Assembly: GCA_903851135.1 (NCBI GenBank)
Contig: CAINNK010000037.1
Location: forward strand, 1,320 to 65,319
Length of the DNA: 64,000 bases
Source of the DNA: an uncultured bacterium
GTDB taxonomy: Bacteria > Patescibacteriota > Minisyncoccia > Moranbacterales > GWC2-37-73
Reading direction: 5' to 3'
A program made the position numbers and the translations under genes. The notes under the pieces were generated by a model, which did no database searches, was not told the DNA's origin, and worked only from the letters and a program-made list of their open reading frames with translations. Position 1 is the stretch's first letter. Each line of letters begins with the position of its first letter. Of the stretch, positions 23,401 through 31,715 are shown one piece after another.

Positions 23401-24211
23401 CTGTCAAAGCGGTAGTGCCTCCACTATTGCCGACGTTAAGTTGAATGGCAGGAGAAGTTGCCGTTCCATTGCCGGAAGTGCCCTGCAGTTTCAAAATGTC
23501 TGTGACTCCAGTGCCACCGATGACGGTGCCAGCAGAACCTCCAGCCAGTTGAATGTTTCCAGTGGCACTGACATTGCCTTGCGCATCAACTTTAAATTCC
23601 TGAGTGCCATTTACAGCCAAGCCCAACAGCGTATATCCAGCAGTTGCCGAAGCCGGATTAACATAAACCGTTCCGCCACTGACAGTATTGCCAGTTGGCA
23701 AACCGGCGATATTGATAAAACCATCCCCAATCAAATTATTCGAATTGAAAGCTTGCGGCACGGCGCCAATTCTTTTACGCGAAGTCATTTCAGCGTCAGT
23801 GCCAACGGTGATGCCAAGATAATATGCGTCTTGAGAAAAATCAACGTTCATCGCATTGTCACCAGCCACCGTATCCCCAAGCATAATCGAGAACATTCCG
23901 TTGGTCAGTGTCACCGCTCTGGCAGTTGGCGTACCAACTGTTCCGCGCGCAGTCCAAACCGGTGTGCCACCACTGGCAACAGTATACAAACTTATTTTGA
24001 AATTATAACTTCCATCAGCGACTGAAACGCCAGATCCGTCTGTCAATTTTCCCTGATAATTTATTTGCTTGTTGATGCCGGTTGCAGCTTGAGAAAAACT
24101 GACAAAAAATGCTATTCCAACCAACACAGAAAAAAACAAAGCAACCCATTTTGCTGTGGATTTCTCATTTTTTGGCTTATTTATTTTTATTTTTGGATTT
24201 ATGAGAAACAT
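17405..24211 (-). CDS. giant (2268 aa) secreted tail-fibre/tail-spike-like protein with a peptidase S74 (intramolecular chaperone, self-cleaving) domain near the C-terminus
   Basis: ORF track. The N-terminal signal peptide is AKWVALFFSVLVGIAFFVSFSQA. It has long Gly/Ser/Thr-rich beta-helix-like repeat regions and seven roughly 50-aa blade-like repeats, each with a conserved Cys pair. The C-terminal region reads SDQRLKENVTPIDANKV...DTGFIAQDLIKEGFGYLVSV...VVNYGAITPLLTAGIQ, followed by a coiled coil and a Cys-containing tail. Confidence 0.8.
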   Translation of the reverse strand: MFLINPKIKINKPKNEKSTAKWVALFFSVLVGIAFFVSFSQAATGINKQINYQGKLTDGSGVSVADGSYNFKISLYTVASGGTPVWTARGTVGTPTARAVTLTNGMFSIMLGDTVAGDNAMNVDFSQDAYYLGITVGTDAEMTSRKRIGAVPQAFNSNNLIGDGFINIAGLPTGNTVSGGTVYVNPASATAGYTLLGLAVNGTQEFKVDAQGNVSATGNIQLAGGSAGTVIGGTGVTDILKLQGTSGNGTATSPAIQLNVGNSGGTTALTVLNNGNVGIGTTSPSSTLSIYSSGSTTDFTIGSDATGHTSGYFYTSADTNGYLGIQSIKAEGTSYGDIVLNAAGGSVGIGTTSPTGTLQLGSGAAPVSLVMAGYGSTADVISFADSSGVENFNLTFDENANTLGFSSLSVSNMLAFARDTGYVGIGTSSPQSLLDVAGLISSSGVGTANSVQSTISADGTYYVAVGSRLGGIYTITFDDSNRVDRYTVAVNGSQFDENMSLNILNENHYSSNASMDNIRTFISSDGSTIYLAVDIANRTTSGGVLTVTNIGADAGNVGIGSLPVGLTDTTYYAMAVERDGYVGIGTTGPNHKLDVAGNIGLSASSYINFGATDGTGGYGLYDNAGTLQYKNSGGSWANLGGGGAMAIGGAITSATQGSILFAGTSGVLAQNNANFFWDNSTNRLGIGTATPAAALHVAGTSTIFGTGEGATPSAFTLRGAAATGSNIIGGNFIFDASNGTGSSGSGDFIFRTAGPLTTPVVTLDASSHNSNTTGTTLAWSHTVGSNSNRFLLVGVMGGTSGVGASSVTYGAASLTKLGTSGGYNGVVEIWYLVNPTSGTDTITITMASSCAKVGGAASWYNVDQSTPVSTSGSASGSGNGSIDAVTLSSAVGNKVFGVIQATSSASMSLTGGLGQTALWFQNPTSTFGGAGSVKDGAASTTISWTLWNSGASIGASAVAVSINHSAIPPNTTADTLTERLRITSAGNVGIGTASPGSNLEIMGATSDSSASALNVKNASGTSGLFVRNDGHVGIGTTSPMTALQVAGSVSVSGDIMPTVPTISSTVVDSGGNVGQYTSTAIGSDGFSRISYYDVTNHDLKFVQCTNAACSTKNIATLDSTGDVGQYTAMAMGADGFARISYYDVTNHDLKFVQCTNAACSTKNIATLDSTGDVGQYSSIAISSADTFARIAYYDLTNTNAKFIQCTNSACSTKNTTVVDSNAGTGKYTAVAIGTDGFARIAYASYSDSGMSYLVCSNASCSSLSSAGSINTSGAEIFQNLSLDLDSSNNFNVAYYNSTDGTLNYSHGNTTSAGTGNVIDSAGNVGQYQAAALGSDGIARMSYYDVTNGDLKFAQCSDVACSSSSTATIDSTGDTGQYTSIAVDSSGNSKISYYDVTNGDLKTISPSFTPGGSIGSSMLAFSNLFANNIGSQQISTTSANITANALTTGTALYAASSSLTSGYLADLEVSGTAAAASQTALNILTTGANATNAITTYGAKISNTHTNATSGTNVALYLNASGATTANYGLVINAGNASLAGSSYLNFGSTNGASGYGIYDNAGTLQYKNSGGSWANLGGSGGMAIGGAVTSGTLGSVYFGGTAGALAQDNSGFFYDATNHRLGLGTTAPAAMLSLFGTSNALRLSYDASHYANLASASNGDLAFSSSNTAESALVVGSGTAGQSVSVQFDGNSQDYYTGIDQSDSVFKIGLGLTVGTTPYLSINSTGNIGIGTVTPGGTLSVVSGNTTGLTTSSALNLSANSLTTGTGLYAASSTLTSGKLVDLQVSGNVASSTTQTALNILTTGTITGTVTTYGSQISNTHSGGTSTNVGLYLNASGATNNYGLIINSGFVGVGTTAPTVPVHVTSSANLTIGGYGSTGTTWGIITSASRAVSVYAPNGAVVGSTILATSDQRLKENVTPIDANKVDSFFNTVNPVDFRWIADQNLDTGFIAQDLIKEGFGYLVSVAPDSNMPEQISADGFISPAGARFVVNYGAITPLLTAGIQKNIQQINTISNQISALNLKTDTDISSLSGLQTSVDSNLLIINGKFTTLDAQITAQATTMFGMQAQIADEKNITDQLQTQINLIKEQNKTIGDFIAILDPTKIIYKDSLGNLDLLDGKLEAAEVETGILTIKIVDVNKPSIGQAIICPKLLEVDKNNKCTVAQTDENNDGFDDNTKNPISDGKSVEIKTRAVSGDSKIFTSFVKNPGSSSWVEKTMESGLDDYTGFKIIVDQSVNEGVNVDWWIVQATTSASLTFPVVTTVPSP
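17408..18488 (-). other. peptidase S74 / C-terminal intramolecular chaperone domain region inside the 2268-aa gene, plus a downstream coiled coil and Cys-containing tail
   Basis: SDxRLKEN, GFIAQD and NYgAItPLLtaaIQ are hallmark motifs of the endosialidase/tail-spike chaperone domain. The serine of SDQRLK is encoded at about nt 18485. Confidence 0.7.
20541..20990 (-). repeat. intragenic 150-bp (50-aa) tandem repeats, with two copies identical over about 110 bp
   Basis: 20691-20840 and 20841-20990 begin with identical sequence (ccaacatctccagttgaatcaagggtggcgatattcttggttgaacaagctgcattggtacactgaacaaatttgagatcatgattagtaacatcataataactgatgcg). A more diverged copy sits at 20541-20690, and further diverged copies lie between 19980 and 20540. 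Confidence 0.85.
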
Positions 24212-24318
24212 TTTTGTGAGTCTTTTTTTATCTTTCTTTTTTTGAATAAAAACTACCTAAAAAAGACGCACGCTCCCTACCCAGAAATTATATTTCTTCA
24301 TAGGGAAATTATAGCACA

Positions 24319-24348
24319 AAAAGAGCATTTTTTAAATGCTCTTTTAAA
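24319..24348. terminator. bidirectional hairpin between the small secreted-protein gene and the giant gene
   Basis: aagagcatt-ttttaa-aatgctctt is a perfect stem, flanked by A/T runs. Confidence 0.4.
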
Positions 24349-24436
24349 AGTTATCCACAGGTTTTTTCCGCTCAAACAAAGCAAAAAAATAATCAGTTGC
24401 AATTTTCAGGGTCCAAGACTTGAAAATCCGAAAAAA

Positions 24437-25150
24437 CTAGAGTTTTGCGATTGCTGTATAGCTCAAAATGTTCGTGTAATTTCCAGCTTTTTGCGAAGAA
24501 GGAACATCCAATTTGTAGCCAACCACTGTGCTGTCAATTCCACTCGAATATCCATTCTTGGTGTGAAACAAAGTTGAAGTGGTTGGAATGGCAGCATATT
24601 TGTAACTTGGATTCGTTCCCCACTTAGCTTCAACTGCCGTACCAGAACTCACCGTGAATCCAAAACCAGTTCCTGACCAAAAGCAAGGCGAGGCTATCGC
24701 GCAAGAATATGCTCCTATCGTCGTCACAGCGTCAGTGTGTTTCAAATTATTATTTTCTGAGATATAAAGGTCATAACCGCCCCAAGCATCGGTTGTGACT
24801 GAAGCCGTGGTGGTTGCCGTTATCGGCGTTCCGGAAGTCACCGAACCAAGATTTTTTGTGCTCGAATCCAAAAACAAACTCAAACCATACGTGGTCATAG
24901 GAGCCAACCCTTCTCCGATTGCAAAATTAGTGCTGGCCATGTTCCCAATGAAGGCTTCACCAATCGAATCAAAAGTTTTGTAGTTGGTGGAAGTGCTGAG
25001 ATTTCCGCCCGAGTTTATCGAGTCGGCGTTGATCTGATAATTCGCGCTAGACATTGCCAGCGCGGAAAGCGCGTAAAAACCGAACAAAAAAATAACAAGT
25101 AGTAGAATTATTTTTTTCATCTGTTTTGTAAAATAAGTTTCAAATATCAA
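24437..25150 (-). CDS. small secreted Thr/Ser-rich protein (237 aa) of unknown function
   Basis: ORF track. The N-terminal signal peptide is MKKIILLLVIFLFGFYALSALA. It sits immediately upstream of, and co-oriented with, the giant protein genes. Confidence 0.55.
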   Translation of the reverse strand: MIFETYFTKQMKKIILLLVIFLFGFYALSALAMSSANYQINADSINSGGNLSTSTNYKTFDSIGEAFIGNMASTNFAIGEGLAPMTTYGLSLFLDSSTKNLGSVTSGTPITATTTASVTTDAWGGYDLYISENNNLKHTDAVTTIGAYSCAIASPCFWSGTGFGFTVSSGTAVEAKWGTNPSYKYAAIPTTSTLFHTKNGYSSGIDSTVVGYKLDVPSSQKAGNYTNILSYTAIAKL

Positions 25151-25671
25151 AAAAATATTCTTGCTTACTTTGTAAATTAATTTTTATTTTAAAATTCAAT
25201 ATAGTATAAAAATAATCTTTAATAATTTGACAAAATTTATTTTTTAATACAAAAAATTATGGAATCATAAATCGCATCCAATGCGCTTTAATGCTGGGTT
25301 TTATAATTTTTAAAAATCTTAAAAAGTTTGAACTTGACAATTTCTAAATTTTTGTTTTCAAAAAACAGACTTTGAATTTTCCCAAATAAAACAATTTCAA
25401 AAAAAATTTTCACAGTTTTAATTTTATGAAATATTTTCTGATTATACACAGTGCAAATTTCTGACTAAAAAATATTTCTAAATTCTTGCGAACTTATTTT
25501 TCCTTTTTAGGACTTAGCTAGCAACGCAAAATCAGAGCCATTAGGCACAACTATCAACCAAGAAGCGTCTCCTGAAAGGAAAATACGCCGCAAAAATAGG
25601 CTGCGAAAAAGCAGTCTTACTTAGAATCATAATCCGAGTAAGACCTTTTTTCTGCTACTTTTTTTCAAAAG

Positions 25672-27795
<2,124 letters not shown>

Positions 27796-27872
27796 CTACA
27801 CTGTTACATTGTTACCAAATAATATTAAACGAGTTAACAATGTAACAATTTATCAATGTGACAATTCGTTTG

Positions 27873-28244
27873 TCAGCGAGTTAAATAATATAGTTCCACC
27901 AAAAATATTCCAGCCGCACTCAAAGCCCCATCCCACCAGGTCAAAACCCGATATTGTTGAAAAACTAAAAGGATGATGAACAACAGCGACAACAAAACTC
28001 CTTGCCGGAAACTGACGCCGATGAAAACCATTGATTCATCTTCGTCTTTTTGCATCTTTTGCCAAATCCAAGTGAGCAGCAACACGAAAGTGCTCGCAAG
28101 AAACAAAAATCCACTGACATAAAAAAGCAGCCAACCAGGAGCGCCTGATTTTTCCGGATCGATGTTGGTGAAAACCAAGACCCAAGCGGCCAGCGAAATT
28201 GCCCAACCGATTCTCATTCCCCAGAGATATGATTTTAATGTCAT
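27873..28244 (-). CDS. small integral membrane protein (123 aa), hypothetical
   Basis: ORF track. It has 3-4 hydrophobic helices. Confidence 0.45.
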   Translation of the reverse strand: MTLKSYLWGMRIGWAISLAAWVLVFTNIDPEKSGAPGWLLFYVSGFLFLASTFVLLLTWIWQKMQKDEDESMVFIGVSFRQGVLLSLLFIILLVFQQYRVLTWWDGALSAAGIFLVELYYLTR

Positions 28245-28367
28245 GTTTGTTTGCCTGCCCCGTTAAATTGAATTTTCATTTAACTAGGGTTTTTTGTTTT
28301 TTGCTACTTATCCATTATAACGGAAAAAACCCTCAAAGGCAAGCAAAAATCAATTATTTAGCTTTAA

Positions 28368-28395
28368 TTGACATAATCTCAAAAACCCGTATAAT
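28368..28395 (+). promoter_or_regulatory. sigma70-type promoter for the tRNA-Met gene
   Basis: TTGACA (28368-28373), a 16-nt spacer and TATAAT (28390-28395) lie about 26 nt upstream of the tRNA 5' end. Confidence 0.5.
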
Positions 28396-28421
28396 CAAAG
28401 AACGTTATCGAAATTTTACAT

Positions 28422-28497
28422 AGCGGGATGGAGCAGTCTGGCAGCTCGCGTGGCTCATAACCACGAGGTCGTAGGTTCGAATCCTACTCCCGCAACA
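28422..28497 (+). tRNA. tRNA-Met (anticodon CAT), possibly the initiator type
   Basis: I folded it by hand as a cloverleaf. The D-arm is gagc/gctc, the anticodon stem is cgtgg/ccacg with loop ctCATaa, and the T-arm is gtagg-ttcgaat-cctac. Positions 1:72 form an A-A mismatch, and the discriminator is A. Confidence 0.8.
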
Positions 28498-28599
28498 AGT
28501 TATCCTGAGATTCGCAACGCAAAACATACAGCGTGACAAACTTAAACGGAGCCTTTCGTTTTTTACGTTATGCGTTTTACGTTTAAAGTTTCGGGTTTT

Positions 28600-28675
28600 G
28601 GCAGGGTAGCTCAGTTGGTTAGAGCACAGCCTTCATAAGGCTGGGGTCGCGAGTCCGAGTCTCGCCCCTGCTACG
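28600..28675 (+). tRNA. tRNA with CAT anticodon (elongator Met or Ile2/lysidine type)
   Basis: It begins ggcagggtagctcagttggttagagc. The anticodon stem is cagcc/ggctg with loop ttCATaa, the T-arm is gcgag-tccgagt-ctcgc, and the acceptor 3' strand is ccctgct. Confidence 0.8.
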
Positions 28676-28683
28676 GATATTGA

Positions 28684-29373
28684 TTGAAAAAAATCATGCC
28701 AATTTACAAAAAGAAAAATGAGAATTTCTTTAAAAAATGGTCACCAGAAATGGCTTACGTGTTGGGATTTTTTGCAGCAGATGGTTGCATGATTAAAAAC
28801 AATCGCGGAGCACATTTTATTGAGTTTCATATTACTGATTTAGATATTTTGGAAAAAATTAAAAAATTACTAGAAGCTGAGAATAAAATTTCAACAAGAA
28901 AAACCAGTGCTGAATTAGCAAATGCATATAGACTACAAATAGGAAGCAAGGAAATGTTTAAAGATTTATTATCGCTTGAATTTAAGCCTAGAAAGAGTGC
29001 CAGCGTTCAATTTCCAAAAATTCCAAACAAATATTTGAAAGATTTTGTTCGAGGATATTTTGATGGAGATGGAAATGTTTATGCAAATGAATATCAAAGA
29101 AAAGGAAAACCTAGCAAAAGTCTAACATTGCTAGCAGGATTCACTTGCGGTAGCAAAAATTTTTTAGAAAAGTTAAAAGAAGAATTGAAACAGGTTGCAA
29201 ATTTATCAGGGGGAACATTGCATGAAATTGGCGGGTACTTTCGCCTATACTATTCAGTAAAAGATAGTTGCAAGTTGTATAAATTCATGTACAATACAAA
29301 AAGTGATTTATTTTTGGAGCGAAAGAAAAAGGTTTTTGAAGGTTATTTCAAAAAGCAAAATATTTTATTTTGA
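28684..29373 (+). CDS. LAGLIDADG-family homing endonuclease (double-motif, free-standing)
   Basis: ORF track. Motif 1 is LGFFAADGCM and motif 2 is VRGYFDGDGNV. The protein is Lys-rich, as is typical of homing endonucleases. It lies between tRNA(CAT) and tRNA-Asp, not inside a tRNA. Confidence 0.8.
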   Translation: MKKIMPIYKKKNENFFKKWSPEMAYVLGFFAADGCMIKNNRGAHFIEFHITDLDILEKIKKLLEAENKISTRKTSAELANAYRLQIGSKEMFKDLLSLEFKPRKSASVQFPKIPNKYLKDFVRGYFDGDGNVYANEYQRKGKPSKSLTLLAGFTCGSKNFLEKLKEELKQVANLSGGTLHEIGGYFRLYYSVKDSCKLYKFMYNTKSDLFLERKKKVFEGYFKKQNILF

Positions 29374-29389
29374 TAAAATGGACTGGTAG

Positions 29390-29466
29390 CTCAGTTGGTT
29401 AGAGCACCGCCCTGTCACGGCGGGGGTCGAGGGTTCGAGTCCCTTCCAGTCCGCATAGATAAAAAA
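29390..29466 (+). tRNA. tRNA-Asp (anticodon GTC)
   Basis: The acceptor is ggactgg/ccagtcc with discriminator G. The anticodon stem is cgccc/gggcg-like with loop ctGTCac. The T-arm is gaggg-ttcgagt-ccctt. Confidence 0.85.
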
Positions 29467-29468
29467 AG

Positions 29469-29506
29469 CATTCATATTCCATGAATGCTTTTTTGCTTGC
29501 AATTAT
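29469..29506. terminator. bidirectional terminator hairpin after tRNA-Asp and the GH130 gene
   Basis: aaaaaagcattcat-attc-catgaatgcttttttg is a perfect 10-bp stem, flanked by an A-run and a T-run. Confidence 0.55.
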
Positions 29507-29595
29507 CCTTATGATTTTTAATTTTACAAAAAAATCTTTTTTAATTCCACTACAATATACTGAAATATTGTAATCTTTTTTTATTAAGCCAAAAA

Positions 29596-31488
29596 CTAAA
29601 CATCCATCGCTTCCAGAATCCCTTCGAGACTAGCCGTAGCCACACCTAACACGCTATCTCCCCCGCCATAATACATAAAGATATTGTCACCCCGATTTAT
29701 GATTCCGCAAGGAAAAACAACCCGAGAAACTTGGCCATTATTTTCATAGTCTGTTTCCGGTTCAAAAATAAAGTCCGTGGTTCTGGCCAGCACGATTGTC
29801 GGATCCTTCAAAGCAAGCAAAATTGCCCCGACACGATAAGTGCTACTATCTGAAACTCCGTGATAGAAAAGCAGCCAGCCTTTTTTCGTTTTGATTGGCG
29901 GCGCTGCAATCCCAACTTTTTGACTATCCCACATGCCGGTTCGCGGACCAACGATTGGCGTGAAACTTTCGATTTTGTCCATTTCAAAATTTGCCGAACG
30001 AACTCGGTCAAGGCAAATATGATTATGTGCTCGATGAAAAACAAAATAATGTCCTTTGATTTTTTCAGGAAAAAGACAGGCGTCCTTATTATCAATTCCC
30101 ACTGGCGTAATAATAGTTGGATAAGTCCAATTCCAGTTTCTTTTCAGAAAATCGCCCGCTGCAATGCTGGTCGCGGCCACACCTGGCGGATTAACACCAT
30201 CATAAGCCGTATAAAACATATACAGCGTGTCATCGATTTGCGTCAGCCGCGGATCTTCACAGCCGGAATTGCCAGGATGAGTTTTCATTTCAAAAGCTTG
30301 GCGAGGGACATAAATCGGCTCTTCCAACCTTTCCAAAATATCTTTGCCGTTTTTTGAAATTGCCAAGCCCATCACCGAAGTGTCATCACTGCCCATTGCG
30401 CGATAGACGATATAAATTTTACCTTTCAATTCGACAGCGGCCGGATTAAACACCGCTTTGTTTTCCCAGACGTGATTTTCAAGCGGAAGCAGAATTGGAT
30501 TTTTTTTGCTACGTGAAAAAACCGGCTCTCTTTTGATGCTACGCAGCAAATCATCCAAGTTCACACTGGCTCGACAACAAGTAGTGTCGGTGGCTCCGTA
30601 ATAAATGAAAAGTTTTTTGCCAGCCACAAAAGACCCGGACGGGAAAATGACATTCGGCACTTGTCCAAATTCTTCATAAGTTTCTTCCGGCACCAACAAG
30701 GGCCCGGAAGTTCTAGCCACAATTTTCCGTGGGTCTTTCAAATCCAAAAGCAAAGCCTCAATACCAAAAATTTTATGATCACTGAAATAATTTTGAATAT
30801 GCGAATATATCATCAGCCAGCCGTCTTTCGTTTTGATTGGCGCTGAACCTATTTCCACATGATCAGTTTCACCTCTTCGCAAGACAATGCGATGACTTTC
30901 AATTTCACTATGCCACTTTTCCCAATAAGCTTGCGACCAAATTTCCTCCAGACTATCAAATTCAGCCAAGGCTGTAATCACAGGAGGACTGTCAGTGTGG
31001 GCACTCAGCATTGCCACATATTTGCCATTGATTTTTTCCGGAAAAAGCACCATAGCTTTAGCATTAAACGGAGTGACTAATTTTTTTTGGATGATTTTTT
31101 TGAAGTCCTTAGTGGTGGCTACAGCAATCTTGATACCTTCAGCGGCAAATGGAAAAACTGAAAGGGCGGTATAAAAAATATAGTAAGTATCATCAATTTT
31201 TGTGACGCGCGGATCTTCACAACCAAATTGCTCCCATTCGTGTTCCGGCGCAATGAACTGCCGACGCTTTTCATAATGATGCCCATCTTCACTGCAAGTA
31301 TAGCCAATGGAAGAAATTCGCAATTCTTTTTTGTGAACATATTCCATGTCTGATTCGGCTCGATACAAAGCATGAATTTTTTTCTTGTCCTGAATCGGAC
31401 ACCAATTGAAAGCGGCAAACGATTCCCAGGAATGATCTGAAATAGGTTTTAACAATGGATTGTGAGTTGATCTTCTGACAACAAGCAT
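29596..31488 (-). CDS. glycoside hydrolase family 130-like protein (beta-mannoside phosphorylase family), two tandem GH130 domains
   Basis: ORF track. GCEDPR occurs twice (FGCEDPRVTKIDDTYYIFYTA and NSGCEDPRLTQIDDTLYMFYTAYDG). FNPAAV...YRAMG matches the GH130 (formerly DUF377) beta-propeller signature. Confidence 0.75.
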   Translation of the reverse strand: MLVVRRSTHNPLLKPISDHSWESFAAFNWCPIQDKKKIHALYRAESDMEYVHKKELRISSIGYTCSEDGHHYEKRRQFIAPEHEWEQFGCEDPRVTKIDDTYYIFYTALSVFPFAAEGIKIAVATTKDFKKIIQKKLVTPFNAKAMVLFPEKINGKYVAMLSAHTDSPPVITALAEFDSLEEIWSQAYWEKWHSEIESHRIVLRRGETDHVEIGSAPIKTKDGWLMIYSHIQNYFSDHKIFGIEALLLDLKDPRKIVARTSGPLLVPEETYEEFGQVPNVIFPSGSFVAGKKLFIYYGATDTTCCRASVNLDDLLRSIKREPVFSRSKKNPILLPLENHVWENKAVFNPAAVELKGKIYIVYRAMGSDDTSVMGLAISKNGKDILERLEEPIYVPRQAFEMKTHPGNSGCEDPRLTQIDDTLYMFYTAYDGVNPPGVAATSIAAGDFLKRNWNWTYPTIITPVGIDNKDACLFPEKIKGHYFVFHRAHNHICLDRVRSANFEMDKIESFTPIVGPRTGMWDSQKVGIAAPPIKTKKGWLLFYHGVSDSSTYRVGAILLALKDPTIVLARTTDFIFEPETDYENNGQVSRVVFPCGIINRGDNIFMYYGGGDSVLGVATASLEGILEAMDV

Positions 31489-31715
31489 AGTTTGATATTT
31501 ATTTTATTATTTAAATCAGGCTAAGCACCAATTTTATATTTTGCGGAATTGAGCGTACTTTATGGTTTAAATTTTTACGAGCTTGTTTGCTTTTTAGACC
31601 ACTGCAAGCGATTAGCTATAATTCCTAGCCAAAGGAACGCGCCCTAAAAAGGAAACGAGCGAAGTAAAAATTTCTAACTTAGTTTCTGAGAACCAAAATG
31701 TTTCATATTCCAAAC

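Noticed and set aside
1752-24025. Numerous plus-strand ORFs of 60-260 aa in the track that lie inside the giant minus-strand genes, for example 23234..24025, 4110..4541 and 9801..10172.
   Set aside because: They are antisense or off-frame to long, repeat-rich, well-supported coding sequences. Their translations are low-complexity with no motifs, so they are typical spurious ORFs.
24352-24360. A perfect DnaA-box 9-mer, TTATCCACA, in the intergenic region between the giant gene and the small secreted-protein gene.
   Set aside because: It is a single occurrence. A given 9-mer is expected about 0.5 times by chance in 64 kb on both strands. There is no cluster of boxes, no AT-rich unwinding element and no dnaA/dnaN nearby, so it is not supported as oriC.
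24065-24577. Plus-strand 170-aa ORF spanning the intergenic region and the 3' end of the secreted-protein gene.
   Set aside because: It crosses a terminator-like hairpin and overlaps a better-supported minus-strand gene that has a signal peptide. The ORF is AT-rich and low-complexity.
28422-29466. Possibility that the LAGLIDADG gene is an intron inside a tRNA.
   Set aside because: Both flanking tRNAs fold as complete cloverleafs on their own (CAT and GTC anticodons). The endonuclease ORF lies entirely between them, not within either gene.
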